Of a DNA stretch of 64,000 bases, positions 9,225 through 19,420 are shown one piece after another. The stretch is taken from positions 269,356-333,355 of the forward strand of contig JBBTTO010000002.1 of assembly GCA_038064195.1 (NCBI GenBank), given 5' to 3'. The DNA is from Patescibacteria group bacterium. GTDB lineage: Bacteria; Patescibacteriota; Microgenomatia; Levybacterales; UBA12049. The notes under the pieces are model-generated. The model searched no databases. It worked only from the letters and a program-made list of their open reading frames with translations, and had not been told where the DNA came from. Both the position numbers and the translations under genes were made by a program. Numbering within the stretch: position 1 is the stretch's first letter; each line of letters begins with the position of its first letter.

Positions 9225-9274
9225 GAGGGTCCTTTTCGTAGTTTGAAATAGACCCCTTACGAGAGGGGTTTTTT
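9208..9274 (+). promoter_or_regulatory. Transcription attenuator (1:2 protector, 2:3 antiterminator, 3:4 terminator)
   Basis: 1:2 is AGAAGGAC(9208-15)/GTCCTTTT(9229-36). 2:3 is CTCGTAAGAGGGTC(9218-31)/GACCCCTTACGAG(9251-63). 3:4 is GACCCCT(9251-57)/AGGGGTT(9264-70) running into a T tract to 9274. Confidence 0.75.
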
Positions 9275-9325
9275 CATGAGTAATACTTAATAGCTAACGA
9301 AGATCAACTATTATATAATACGCAT

Positions 9326-10849
9326 ATGTTCTGGGCAGATAAAGTAGCACAACAAATTATAGAATCCGGCAACTATAAACCATACTGGGTTGATGATATG
9401 AAAACTCCGTCCGGGAGGGTGCATGTGGGTGCTCTTTTGGGTGTGGTTATTCATGATTTGGTTTTTAGAGCCTTGACTGACGCCGGGGTGGAGGCAAAGT
9501 ATACGTATGTATTTGAGAATCACGATCCGATGGATGATATTCCTTCATATCTTCCCAGAGAAAAATTTGAGAAGTATCTGGGAATGCCACTTTTTGCCAT
9601 ACCGTCTCCTGTTGAAGGGTATAAAGACTTTGCAGAATACTATGCATTTGAGTTTAAAGAGGCTTTTAATGCGATCGGTAGTCACCCTGAAATACTCTGG
9701 ACAAAGGACCTTTATACAAGCGGTAAGATGAATGAGGGCATAAAAAAAGTTCTTGATAACGCTCAGGAAATCAGAAAAATATATCAGGAGATGTATAAAA
9801 AAGAGATTGCAGCAGATTGGTATGCGTTTCAGGTTTATTGTGAGTCCTGTGGAAAAGTCTCAACAACCCGTGTCTATAATTGGGATGGAGAAAATGTCCA
9901 TTATCGTTGTTTAACTGACGGGGTCAATTGGACAAAAGGTTGTGGCTACGAGGGCAAGACCTCACCTTTTAGTGATGAATCAGGCATGAATGGCAAAATG
10001 CCTTGGAAAGTCGAATGGGCAGCTAAATGGCAGGCAATCGGAGTAACGGTTGAGGGAGCAGGGAAAGACCATATGAGTCGTGGGGGATCACATGATTTGG
10101 CAAGTATGGTCGCAAAACGTGTTCTTAATTATCCGGTTCCCTATCCTGTCGGATACGAGTTCATGCTTATCGGAGGAAAAAAAATGTCTTCTTCAAAAGG
10201 GAGAGGTTTTGCCGCCTCAGATATGCTGACAATTCTTCCGCCTGAACTCGTCAGATTTTTAATAGTGAAGATGAATATTCAACAACAAACAAATTTTGAT
10301 CCCACTGAAGGGGATACTATCCCTCGTCTTTTTGATGAATATCAGGAGTACGCCAATCATTATTTTGCTGGAGAAAAAGATGATGAAGCACGCATTTTTG
10401 AGTTGTCACAAGTAAAAGAGGTCAAAAAGCCATTGGACGTGCGTTTTACAACGCTTGTTCAGTGGGTGCAGATGCCAAATATGGAAAAGGAGATTAAGGC
10501 GCAAGGTCTAGAAGAGTGGGCGAAATATGCACGCATTTGGGTGGAGAAATTTGCACCCGAGTCTGATAAATTCACAATCCAAGAACGGCTTCCCGATTCG
10601 GCACGCCTTCTCTCGCAAGCACAAAAAAAATATCTTGCAGCAGTTGCTGAGTTACTAAACAGGATCTCAGATCCTGAAGATCTGCAAAAAGCTATCTATG
10701 AAAAAGCAAAAGAGATGCAGATCCCATCAAAAGATGCATTCGGTGCTATTTATACGGTACTTTTAGACAAGAATTACGGACCAAAGGCCGGCTGGCTTAT
10801 TTTGTCCTTGGACAAAGATATGGTCCGGGAACGCTTCTCTTCGCTCTAG
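9326..10849 (+). CDS. lysS: Lysine--tRNA ligase, class I
   Basis: MFWADK, TPSGRVHVG (HIGH-like), CESCGK, WKVEW, GKDH and KMSSSKG motifs. Confidence 0.95.
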   Translation: MFWADKVAQQIIESGNYKPYWVDDMKTPSGRVHVGALLGVVIHDLVFRALTDAGVEAKYTYVFENHDPMDDIPSYLPREKFEKYLGMPLFAIPSPVEGYKDFAEYYAFEFKEAFNAIGSHPEILWTKDLYTSGKMNEGIKKVLDNAQEIRKIYQEMYKKEIAADWYAFQVYCESCGKVSTTRVYNWDGENVHYRCLTDGVNWTKGCGYEGKTSPFSDESGMNGKMPWKVEWAAKWQAIGVTVEGAGKDHMSRGGSHDLASMVAKRVLNYPVPYPVGYEFMLIGGKKMSSSKGRGFAASDMLTILPPELVRFLIVKMNIQQQTNFDPTEGDTIPRLFDEYQEYANHYFAGEKDDEARIFELSQVKEVKKPLDVRFTTLVQWVQMPNMEKEIKAQGLEEWAKYARIWVEKFAPESDKFTIQERLPDSARLLSQAQKKYLAAVAELLNRISDPEDLQKAIYEKAKEMQIPSKDAFGAIYTVLLDKNYGPKAGWLILSLDKDMVRERFSSL

Positions 10850-10915
10850 CCAAAATCATTCTCAATGTTTGTCAGGTAGCTAAGTTCATGCTATAGTATC
10901 AATCTATTTCCATTC

Positions 10916-11767
10916 ATGAAAAAGACATTAGTTATCCTTATCCCTTCAATTATTGTCGCAATTATCGTATTTTTTCTTGTCCAGTCATTGCTGCTTACGG
11001 GTAAGGATAAAGGCGCCCTACAGGTTACAGCAAGCCCTCAGAGTAAGGTTTACCTTAACAATAAATATATCGGTCAAACACCTCTCTGTCGGTGTAACAG
11101 TGATGAAATGGTCGCAACTGGTGACTACACCATACGGGTAGTTCCCAATACCGGAACTTTTAATGAGTTCCAGGAAAAAATTACCATTGGGAAATCAATC
11201 TTAACTGTAGTGGATCGTAAGTTTGGGAATGGTGCCACTTCTGAGGGAAGTATAATCACTCTTGAGCCGTTAAAAGACGGTGCTAAGCCACAGCTCCTTA
11301 TAACTTCAATTCCTGATAAGGCAGAGGTGCTTTTAGATAACTCTTCATCAGGTTTTACGCCGCTTTTTTTACAGAATCTAACGGATTCAGACCATGAGTT
11401 GATTCTCAGAAAGAGCGGCTATACGGACAAGAAAGTCAGGATACGCACTCCAAACGGTTATAAACTGATTGCTACGGTATTTTTAGGAATTGATGAGGGA
11501 GGTATCCCTTCCCCGACTCCGACACCAAGCGCTTCCCCGTCTGCAACCCCGACACCTGTTGTCAGTAAGATCGTGATTCTCCAGACACCAACAGGCTTTT
11601 TGCGGGTACGCGCAAGTAACAGTGTCGCTTCAACTGAGGTCGGACGGGTGACCCCCGGGCAAATTGTGGATCTGATCACTGAAAGTGAGGGATGGTATCA
11701 CATTAAGCTGGAGAGTGGAGTTGAAGGCTGGATCAGTAATCAGTATGCCAAGAAGCAAACTCCTTAA
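10916..11767 (+). CDS. PEGA-domain surface protein with Pro/Thr linker and C-terminal SH3b domain
   Basis: TM helix, two PEGA-like units (VYLNNKYIGQTP; LLDNSSSGFTP), PSPTPTPS linker and SH3b-like GFLRVR...GWYHI...GWIS. Confidence 0.8.
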   Translation: MKKTLVILIPSIIVAIIVFFLVQSLLLTGKDKGALQVTASPQSKVYLNNKYIGQTPLCRCNSDEMVATGDYTIRVVPNTGTFNEFQEKITIGKSILTVVDRKFGNGATSEGSIITLEPLKDGAKPQLLITSIPDKAEVLLDNSSSGFTPLFLQNLTDSDHELILRKSGYTDKKVRIRTPNGYKLIATVFLGIDEGGIPSPTPTPSASPSATPTPVVSKIVILQTPTGFLRVRASNSVASTEVGRVTPGQIVDLITESEGWYHIKLESGVEGWISNQYAKKQTP

Positions 11768-12708
11768 ACCTGAATGACATAGGTAATAATAATTACCAGA
11801 AATATCCAGAGAAGAACGGTTAGGAGGAGCGGCCGATCGGATAAAAGGACTTTTTCAGGGCTTTCTCCTTCGTGTTTTTCATAGATATCCTGGAGGTAGC
11901 GCATCAGTCCATAGACGACAGGGATGATTGTGATCATGAGCCATTTACGTTGGAGGTAGGCAGGGAGAAAATCAGGAAAGAAAAGATCATTGGTGATTGT
12001 AAAACGGCGTGAATTCTCAAGGAAAGTAAAGAATGAGTAGGTAATAAAGGTAGAGGTCGCAAAGATTGAGGCGTAGACATCAAGAAGTCTTTCTGAATAA
12101 TGAGAAAGCGTTTTGCGCATCGCCGCGATTTGAGCACTTGAGGATGTCGAAACAAGCGTTAGCTCTGAACGTCTTTTACCAATTGCCAGGAAAAGAGAGA
12201 GTGAGATAGCAGTCAGAAGCAACCAAACGGAAATATGATAGCTGGTCAAAAATTCTCCCGCGTAGACCCTCAGAATATACCCGCCAGCTAAAGCTAAGAT
12301 ATCTATGACAGCGATATTTTTCAAAAGCATAGAATAAGATATTTGTAAAAGGAGATAGACTATCGTCAGAAGAAAAAAGGCCGGGGAGATAACAAAACTC
12401 CCGGTCAGTGCTATAGCTGTTAAGATGCAGGCAACGATTATTCCTGAGGTAAGTGAAATATCTTTATTAGCTAAAGGTCTGAATCGTTTGAAGGGATGGA
12501 TGCGATCTTTTTTAACATCAAAGATATCATTGATCACATAAATTGCGGAAGAAAGGCAACAAAAAATAATAAATCCGAAAGCAACAGTGAGGAGGATCGA
12601 CGGAACAAAAAGCTGTCCACCAAAAGTGATGGCCGCAAAGACAGCTAAATTCTTTATCCATTGTCGCGGACGAAGGAGCCGCAGATAATTACGAAACACT
12701 TTTTTCAT
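11764..12708 (-). CDS. UbiA-family prenyltransferase (decaprenyl-phosphate phosphoribosyltransferase-like)
   Basis: LRPRQWIKN, YVINDIFDVKKDRIHPFKRFRPLA, LRVYAG and GKRRSEL motifs. Confidence 0.9.
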   Translation of the reverse strand: MKKVFRNYLRLLRPRQWIKNLAVFAAITFGGQLFVPSILLTVAFGFIIFCCLSSAIYVINDIFDVKKDRIHPFKRFRPLANKDISLTSGIIVACILTAIALTGSFVISPAFFLLTIVYLLLQISYSMLLKNIAVIDILALAGGYILRVYAGEFLTSYHISVWLLLTAISLSLFLAIGKRRSELTLVSTSSSAQIAAMRKTLSHYSERLLDVYASIFATSTFITYSFFTFLENSRRFTITNDLFFPDFLPAYLQRKWLMITIIPVVYGLMRYLQDIYEKHEGESPEKVLLSDRPLLLTVLLWIFLVIIITYVIQV

Positions 12709-13765
12709 GCTGATTTCTTACTATAAAGTGGAGGAAGAATATCGCTCCTCCAACAATTGCCAGTAACATGAGAAGTGCGAATAATTTGCCCTTACTATGG
12801 ATAGTAAGTGCAATTGTGCCAACTATAGCAGAGATAATCCAATAAAACAACGCAATTTGTCTTTGGGTATACCCGAGACGCAGGAGGAGGTGATGAAGAT
12901 GTTTGTTGTCATGCCAGAATGGTGAGCGCCCTGAGAGGATACGTCTTATTATGGTAAAAAGAGCATCAACTGTGGGTACTCCCATCACCAAAATAGCGGT
13001 TGCCAACTTGGCGCTTGAGAAGATCGAGACAACCGCAAGTAATAAATACATCGAGGTAGCACCATATCCGGGAAATATTTTCGCGGGGTAGAAATTAAAT
13101 ACCAAAAATCCCAGGGCTGCTCCGGTAATGATAAATGACAGCTTGGCATCTATAAGATTTGTCCCGCTGAGTACGGGGAACCGCAGACTGAGAATGCCGA
13201 TAACAAGAGCCGAAATGGCTACTATGCCGGGCATTTGTCCGTCTACTCCCTTACTCCAGTTAAGCATATTCATCACCCAGACAATCCATACGCCTGCCAT
13301 AACATCTCCGAAGGTGATTGGCAAAAAGGGTAAAATAAGCTGGTTGAGATGGAGAATCCCGCCGAGTGGATTGGTAATAAAGGGAATTGTTACACCAGAA
13401 CCAACTACAATCCCGGCACAAAGAATATTTGATAGAAAACGAAGGTAGGGAGAGATATCCCGTGACGAGGCATTGAACTTATCATCAATAACTCCTACAA
13501 CCAGTGCGATAAATGCAGCCAGAAAAATTGCCAGTGTACTTGGTGTTAAGGGAAGAAAAATAAGACTTGTTAAGAGAATTCCAATGAAGATGGGAATTCC
13601 TCCACCTCTGGGGATAGGCCTGGTATGAATTATTGCCGGATGTTTGTGAAGTTTGGGGTCATCAACCAGGCCGAGTTTTTTTATGACAGGTATTAACAAA
13701 TACGTACTTATGACAGTCAGTACTGTCGCGACAAAAAGAGGTAAAAGTATAAATAGAGCAATCAT
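12689..13765 (-). CDS. Undecaprenyl-phosphate GlcNAc-1-phosphate transferase (MraY/WecA/TagO family)
   Basis: PRGGG, GVIDD, NMLNWSKGVDG, FNFYPAKIFPG and HLHHLL motifs; multiple TM helices. Confidence 0.88.
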   Translation of the reverse strand: MIALFILLPLFVATVLTVISTYLLIPVIKKLGLVDDPKLHKHPAIIHTRPIPRGGGIPIFIGILLTSLIFLPLTPSTLAIFLAAFIALVVGVIDDKFNASSRDISPYLRFLSNILCAGIVVGSGVTIPFITNPLGGILHLNQLILPFLPITFGDVMAGVWIVWVMNMLNWSKGVDGQMPGIVAISALVIGILSLRFPVLSGTNLIDAKLSFIITGAALGFLVFNFYPAKIFPGYGATSMYLLLAVVSIFSSAKLATAILVMGVPTVDALFTIIRRILSGRSPFWHDNKHLHHLLLRLGYTQRQIALFYWIISAIVGTIALTIHSKGKLFALLMLLAIVGGAIFFLHFIVRNQHEKSVS

Positions 13766-13766
13766 C

Positions 13767-14120
13767 TTAAAGGACTAACTGAATAATTCTGAAAATAAAA
13801 ATAAGGGTAAGGGTACTTACTAAGAGTGTGGTGAAGGTCAGCATGCGGGCAGCAACCTGCATTTTTTCATAGACCATATTACTCACTATGCTGTTGCCGA
13901 CAACTATGCTGAAGGCTATTCCAACCGGAATAAGCAGAGCGAGTCTGCCGGCAAGTCTATCAGTACCCCAGGGAAGCTGATTAAATGCGGGAAGTACTGG
14001 AGGAAGTACTCGATAAAAGAGTGCAATAAGAACCAGACTGAAAAAGAGGATGATAAGTGAGAGAACGGTCCCCCAAAGAATGGTTTTGTCAGCGAACAAT
14101 TTATCAGTTAATTCTTTCAT
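13767..14120 (-). CDS. Small three-TM membrane protein (DUF1648-like)
   Basis: Three hydrophobic helices and an LPPVLPAFNQLPWG loop; tightly packed in the operon. Confidence 0.7.
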   Translation of the reverse strand: MKELTDKLFADKTILWGTVLSLIILFFSLVLIALFYRVLPPVLPAFNQLPWGTDRLAGRLALLIPVGIAFSIVVGNSIVSNMVYEKMQVAARMLTFTTLLVSTLTLIFIFRIIQLVL

Positions 14121-15594
14121 AGATTGTTGCTTCTCTGGTGGTCAGGACTTGTCTGCCTTTGGTAAGAGGGAAGGTAAGATTCGGAGCATTTTTAAAAACA
14201 ATAGTGAAATCGGAAGGATTGTCCTTGAGTGCCCTAGCTGTTTCTTCTTCATGATTTTTTAATCCGGCAATATGATAGGCAACAGTGAATCTGCCTGGCG
14301 GCAATGTGCCTGTCTGGTAATAAATTTGAGCAGCGTTGCCCCAGATAAAGAGGGTTTTATTATCCTTCCCGTGAGTATTGAGATAGTGAACCAGCTCCAT
14401 ATCTTGCGGGACTCTCCTGTCAAAGAATGCTTCATACTCCGTAACCGATTTCTCACCTGTAATAAAACTCATAAAATTAGTATAATAACCGACCGTTTTC
14501 TGAACACTCCAATGATTAAAGAAAAATAACGACGTAAAAGATAGAAGAATACCTGTTAAGAGGCTCACTATCCGAAAACGGTTTTTAGTAATAAATATAG
14601 ATCCAATCACCAGAGAAAAACTCGGGAGGAGAACAAGAACATAATGTGTATAAGGCCGTTGAGAGAAGAAACTATTGAAAAGAGAGAATGCTACCCATAA
14701 AGAGATAAAAAGTGTTTGACGGGAGACGGACTGCCTTTTGCTGAATAAGTACAAGACAAATGCTGCCAGGACGAGTAGTTTGCTGATCAAGAGTCCCTGG
14801 GGGATAATAAAAGTATTGCCATACCCGACATAGCCGACAGTACTGAGAAAAACTGCCTGTATATATGCACCCAGAGCACCTTGACTGAGAAAGTAAAGCA
14901 CACTTATCAGAAAAGGCAAGACAAATCCCAACGTAAATAGAGATGCAGTTTGTAGGAATTTTGTAACGTAGGTGAAGATTGCCTTAGCCGTAAAAGAATT
15001 CGGAGAGGCGGTTATTAAGAGAAAAACAAAAAGCGCAGCAAAGTCAAAAATTCCGACAATTTTGTAGAGGAAGGCAATACCCAGCAGAAAGCCTGCGATC
15101 AGGAGTTGTCTGATACGGCCGTCTTTTTTTGGATAAGTATAAATAATATAAGCAGCAGTAATAATCGGGAGCAGCATGAAATTTTCGGCATTGGCAATAT
15201 TGCCCTCAATAAACGGGAGACCGAAAAGAATTGCAAACGTTGCCGTAGCTATAAACGTTGAACGTTTTTGGGCATTAAAAATTCTTTGACAGAGCGCAAA
15301 GAAAATAAGAATACAGCTGATACCTACGAAAAGAGAAAGGAGCCTAACAAGGAATTGATCTCCATGAAAGAGAGCATATGTATAGTAGAGGAGCGGGGGC
15401 TTGTTATCCCATATTTGGGTATAGAGTACCCGCCCGCGACTGATCGCTAGACCGAGTGTCTCATAGATGCCTTCGTCCCCATACCAGAATGGCTCAAAAA
15501 GTGAAGGCAGTCTAAGGAGAAAAAAAAGAAAAGAAATACCGAGTGCGTACCAAAAATGATGCGAGCTTTCAATTTGACGTAATTTATCTTTCAT
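14104..15594 (-). CDS. GT-C fold glycosyltransferase (GT39/ArnT/PMT-like)
   Basis: WYGDEG and WDNKPPL motifs in the first loop; about 10 TM helices. Confidence 0.82.
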   Translation of the reverse strand: MKDKLRQIESSHHFWYALGISFLFFLLRLPSLFEPFWYGDEGIYETLGLAISRGRVLYTQIWDNKPPLLYYTYALFHGDQFLVRLLSLFVGISCILIFFALCQRIFNAQKRSTFIATATFAILFGLPFIEGNIANAENFMLLPIITAAYIIYTYPKKDGRIRQLLIAGFLLGIAFLYKIVGIFDFAALFVFLLITASPNSFTAKAIFTYVTKFLQTASLFTLGFVLPFLISVLYFLSQGALGAYIQAVFLSTVGYVGYGNTFIIPQGLLISKLLVLAAFVLYLFSKRQSVSRQTLFISLWVAFSLFNSFFSQRPYTHYVLVLLPSFSLVIGSIFITKNRFRIVSLLTGILLSFTSLFFFNHWSVQKTVGYYTNFMSFITGEKSVTEYEAFFDRRVPQDMELVHYLNTHGKDNKTLFIWGNAAQIYYQTGTLPPGRFTVAYHIAGLKNHEEETARALKDNPSDFTIVFKNAPNLTFPLTKGRQVLTTREATIYERIN

Positions 15595-17084
15595 GCTTTA
15601 TCCGTAACCTTGTATTCCATTCGTTTGCCAAGCATAAGCTGCGTATGTGAAATCAATGCCGGGAGTGCCGAGAGGAAAAACCCGACAATCGGCATAAGAA
15701 TAAATTCAAAGGGGAAAAAGATTTTACGTCTGAGAGGAAGAGGTGTATTCTCAGGTCTATTTTTATAGTCAATGAACATTAAGGCAAATAATGCCAAAAT
15801 CGTCGAGGTCAGGATAAGACCCGCAAGTCGGGGCAGGCTGTAGCCGAGAGCAGTCCGGGAGAAGGCGGGATTAATAAACGGCATGATGTTGGCGGCAATG
15901 GTCACGATAAACCAATTGACCGGCCACAGGAAATGATCAAGTAAGACATGGTAAACCATGACTGTTTTGCGCACAAAAGGAACTCCGGGAACAGTAAACC
16001 ACCATTTCAGAAAAAGCGGATCATCTGATACCCCCCATGACCAGCGTCTCTCCTGGTGATATTTATTTTTGAGACTATTGATATAGCCGCGTGAATAAGC
16101 GGCGTCCATCGAGGTTTTAAGAAATATAGGCTCGGTCCAGACCTGCCCTTTGAGTTTAAAAAATGCCTTGAAGAAAATGCGATAATCTTCAGGAATAACA
16201 TCAACATCCCAAAAGCCGATATCCCGCAGCATTTTGAATGAGAGAGAATAGGTAGACTGGGTAATGAGGCGGTCATGCTGCACAAGCATAGAGGTTCTCC
16301 AAAGACTACCAAAGAATGAGATGATACGCACAGGCGCGGGAACGACCCAGATATTGTTATAAAATACGGCTGCAGATTGCCAGAATTTGTGATAGTGTTT
16401 GGGATCAATCAGAAATTTATACGTCAGGCAGGCAAAAAACTGTCGGTCAAAGATCGAATCGACATCGACACTGGATACGGTTGCAAAGTCAATATCCATC
16501 TTGCCTTCAACGAATAATTTTTGATAGGCTGCTTTTCCCGCAAAAGCTTCATTTGAAGACTTGCCTTTAACTTCCCCCGGAGCGTCAATATGGTAGGTTG
16601 CAAAAAAGCTGCCAAAAGTATTTTTGTATTCTTTGATAAGTAGGTCGGCTTTCTCAGGGCCCTCTAGCTCTCTTTCTTCCATGGCGAGTACTATGTGGAG
16701 TTGATCAAGCGGGAGAGTCTGCAGGGCTAAGTGCTCAATTGTGGTCCTCATTTTAGTAAGACTTTCTTTGTAGCTGAGGAGTATGACAACATGCTGTACC
16801 TTTTTAAAATCAGGTAATGCTTTGGCTTTTTCAAGCCAGTTTTGTCGTTCGGCGTGTTTGATCCTTTTGGCTCCGCGATAGGCATTGATGACAAGTGAGT
16901 AGGATTTGTAAAACCAATAAATATCAAAAAAGAGGATAAAGTAGGCAAGAAGCATTGGCGCAAAAAGAGAGCCCCAAATAGGCGAGAGGATGACAGTCCA
17001 GGAAAGTAAGCCCGGCATTAACTCGAGGAAGCGTCTGGTCTTGATCGGGTAGCGGGTAAATACTTTGTCAAAAAAAAGTGTCAT
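15591..17084 (-). CDS. Membrane GT2 family glycosyltransferase
   Basis: KGKSSN, DVD, PED and QERRWSWG (QxxRW) motifs flanked by TM helices. Confidence 0.85.
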   Translation of the reverse strand: MTLFFDKVFTRYPIKTRRFLELMPGLLSWTVILSPIWGSLFAPMLLAYFILFFDIYWFYKSYSLVINAYRGAKRIKHAERQNWLEKAKALPDFKKVQHVVILLSYKESLTKMRTTIEHLALQTLPLDQLHIVLAMEERELEGPEKADLLIKEYKNTFGSFFATYHIDAPGEVKGKSSNEAFAGKAAYQKLFVEGKMDIDFATVSSVDVDSIFDRQFFACLTYKFLIDPKHYHKFWQSAAVFYNNIWVVPAPVRIISFFGSLWRTSMLVQHDRLITQSTYSLSFKMLRDIGFWDVDVIPEDYRIFFKAFFKLKGQVWTEPIFLKTSMDAAYSRGYINSLKNKYHQERRWSWGVSDDPLFLKWWFTVPGVPFVRKTVMVYHVLLDHFLWPVNWFIVTIAANIMPFINPAFSRTALGYSLPRLAGLILTSTILALFALMFIDYKNRPENTPLPLRRKIFFPFEFILMPIVGFFLSALPALISHTQLMLGKRMEYKVTDKA

Positions 17085-17089
17085 AGGGA

Positions 17090-17896
17090 TTAGCGCATGC
17101 GAGTGAATACAGTATAGACGTTTTGGGTCGTTTGTTCCACAATTGTCTCGAATGGAACATTTTTAATTTTTGCTATATGTTTGCCTACGTATAAAACATA
17201 TTCGGGCATATTACGCTCACCCCGATGAGGGATGGGCGTGAGATAGGGGCTGTCAGTCTCAGTCACGATTCGATCAAGAGGAGTAAGACTAATCAGCTCG
17301 CTCAGCTCGACTGTTTCTTTGGGTGCCAGTCCGGGATACGTACTATTCCCGTCAAAGCCGATAAAAAAGCCCATGTCGAGGGCGTCTTTAAGCACTTCTT
17401 TAGTCCCTGCAAAGCAATGAAACATCCCGGGGACAGGAAGCAGAAGATGCTGACGCTCCTTAAGCATAGCTATGACATCCTCCCCCGCCAGGCGATTGTG
17501 GATCTGGAGAGGAAGTTTGAGCTTATGAGCTAATTCAATTTGGGAAGCAAAAACTTCTTTCTGCACTGCAGGATCGACGATACCATTGGAGGCGTAGCTG
17601 AAATAATCAAGACCTATCTCCCCAATACCCACAACTTTGTCTTGTTTGGCAATCTTTTCTAAGTCTTTAAGCCAATCATTTCCCAGCTCAAGTTTATCTG
17701 CATGGTGAGGATGCACTCCTACAATTGCGTAAAGCTCAGGGTATTTTTGTGCCAGTTCAACGGCCCATGTTGATGAATCATGCTTGGTGCCGGTATTGAT
17801 AATGCGGGTTACGCCTTTGACAAGCGCACTTTTAATGACAGCATCATAGTCATCTTTGAAGGAATGGAAGTTGAGGTGACAGTGAACATCAATCAT
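17090..17896 (-). CDS. tatD: TatD family DNase
   Basis: IDVHCHL, GVHPH, GEIGLDY, HCF and ETDSPYL motifs. Confidence 0.95.
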   Translation of the reverse strand: MIDVHCHLNFHSFKDDYDAVIKSALVKGVTRIINTGTKHDSSTWAVELAQKYPELYAIVGVHPHHADKLELGNDWLKDLEKIAKQDKVVGIGEIGLDYFSYASNGIVDPAVQKEVFASQIELAHKLKLPLQIHNRLAGEDVIAMLKERQHLLLPVPGMFHCFAGTKEVLKDALDMGFFIGFDGNSTYPGLAPKETVELSELISLTPLDRIVTETDSPYLTPIPHRGERNMPEYVLYVGKHIAKIKNVPFETIVEQTTQNVYTVFTRMR

Positions 17897-17936
17897 AACT
17901 CAGTGATTAGTAAATAGTTCATAGATAATAGTTGTA

Positions 17937-19358
17937 TTAACTTATCCTCGGGAAAAGCGGGGTTTGGCTTTTGATCTCGCCTGAGAATTGCTCAAGGATC
18001 TTTTCAGATGACTGCGGAAGAAAAGGTTGGAGGTTATGGGCCACAACCATAATTTGCGAGATCAGATCCAGCAGGACTTTTTTGGCCTCTTCGCCTTCGA
18101 GTTCCCATGGTTTGGCCTGATTGATTTGTTGATCAGCTAGAGTAATCCAGCTCCAAATCTCACTTAGAGCTTCATTAAACTTGAAATCCTGAAGAGACTG
18201 TTCGACTTTAGGATTAATGCTTTGTTCTTCAGGAGCGTGATATGAAAGGGCATGCTTCTCAGCGAGTTTGGCGACACGTGCTACTAAATTCCCAAGACCG
18301 TTAGCGAGATCGGAATTATACGCCTCAATAAGCTTTTCTTCAGAGAAGTCCCCATCCTGGAAAGGAGAGATTTTTGCCAGACAGTAATACCTAAGAGCAT
18401 CTGTGCCATATTTGGCAACAATATCCAAAGGGTTTACGACATTTCCAAGCGTTTTAGACATCTTTTGACCATTCACCGTAAAGTATTCATGCACAAAAAG
18501 TTTTTTGGGTGTTGCCAGCCCTGCAGAATGAAGGATAGCCGGCCAATAGACGGCGTGGAACCTGATAATGCCCTTACCTACCACATGCAAATCAGCCGGC
18601 CACCATTTGTTGTAGGATGTTTCATCAGCTCCAAAGCCAATGCCAGATTGGTAAATGTTGAGCGCATCGAACCAAACATAAATACGTTGTTCAGGATCAT
18701 TTGGTACCGGTACACCCCAGTTTTTAGCTCTTTTATTGCTGCGTGAAATGCTGAAATCTTCAAGACCGGATTTGATAAAAGAAATAATCTCATTTTTGCG
18801 GAATTCGGGAACGATTTGATACTCATTTGATTCAATCAGCTTGAGGAGAAAGTCTTGATACTTTGACAGCTTAAAAAAATAGTTTTCTTCTTCAACTTCT
18901 TCCAGCGGTTTGCCAGGGTGCTCGTGGCACTCCCCTTTTTCATTCAACTCACTCTTGGTTTTAAATTCCTCACAACCGACACAGTAGAGCCCTTTGTAGG
19001 ATTTCTTATAAATATCGCCATTTGCGTCACATAATTCCCAGAGTTTTTGACTTGCTTTGTGATGATTGTCGCTACTCCCCTTTTGGAAGACATCAAAGTG
19101 GATATTGAGCTCTTTGGCTAGTCTTTCAAATTCCTCTGCATGTTCGTCAATAAAGCTTTGAATTTCTTTGCCTTCTTTTTCAGCTGCCTGGACGTTTTTA
19201 ATCGCATTTTCATCAGATCCACAGAGATACCAGACATCACTTCCAACGAGGCGTTGATGACGATTAACCACGTCTGACTGGAGGAATTCCAAAGCATGAC
19301 CGATGTGTGGCTGTGCATTGACGTAAGGGATCGAATTGGTAATAAAAAATTTATTCAT
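17937..19358 (-). CDS. metG: Methionine--tRNA ligase (short form)
   Basis: PYVNAQPHIGH, YCVGCE, YVWFDAL and KMSKT motifs. Confidence 0.96.
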   Translation of the reverse strand: MNKFFITNSIPYVNAQPHIGHALEFLQSDVVNRHQRLVGSDVWYLCGSDENAIKNVQAAEKEGKEIQSFIDEHAEEFERLAKELNIHFDVFQKGSSDNHHKASQKLWELCDANGDIYKKSYKGLYCVGCEEFKTKSELNEKGECHEHPGKPLEEVEEENYFFKLSKYQDFLLKLIESNEYQIVPEFRKNEIISFIKSGLEDFSISRSNKRAKNWGVPVPNDPEQRIYVWFDALNIYQSGIGFGADETSYNKWWPADLHVVGKGIIRFHAVYWPAILHSAGLATPKKLFVHEYFTVNGQKMSKTLGNVVNPLDIVAKYGTDALRYYCLAKISPFQDGDFSEEKLIEAYNSDLANGLGNLVARVAKLAEKHALSYHAPEEQSINPKVEQSLQDFKFNEALSEIWSWITLADQQINQAKPWELEGEEAKKVLLDLISQIMVVAHNLQPFLPQSSEKILEQFSGEIKSQTPLFPRIS

Positions 19359-19420
19359 GATAGAAGTCCACTAGTGGATTGCTAGATTGTACCAGAGTGA
19401 TTAGCCTCAAGCAACCAGAT

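Noticed and set aside
19359-19420. Leader-peptide or T-box control of metG (and likewise alaS)
   Set aside because: Only a short TCCACTAGTGGA palindrome lies between the -10 box and the ATG; no leader ORF or terminator. The alaS -10 is 10 nt from its start.
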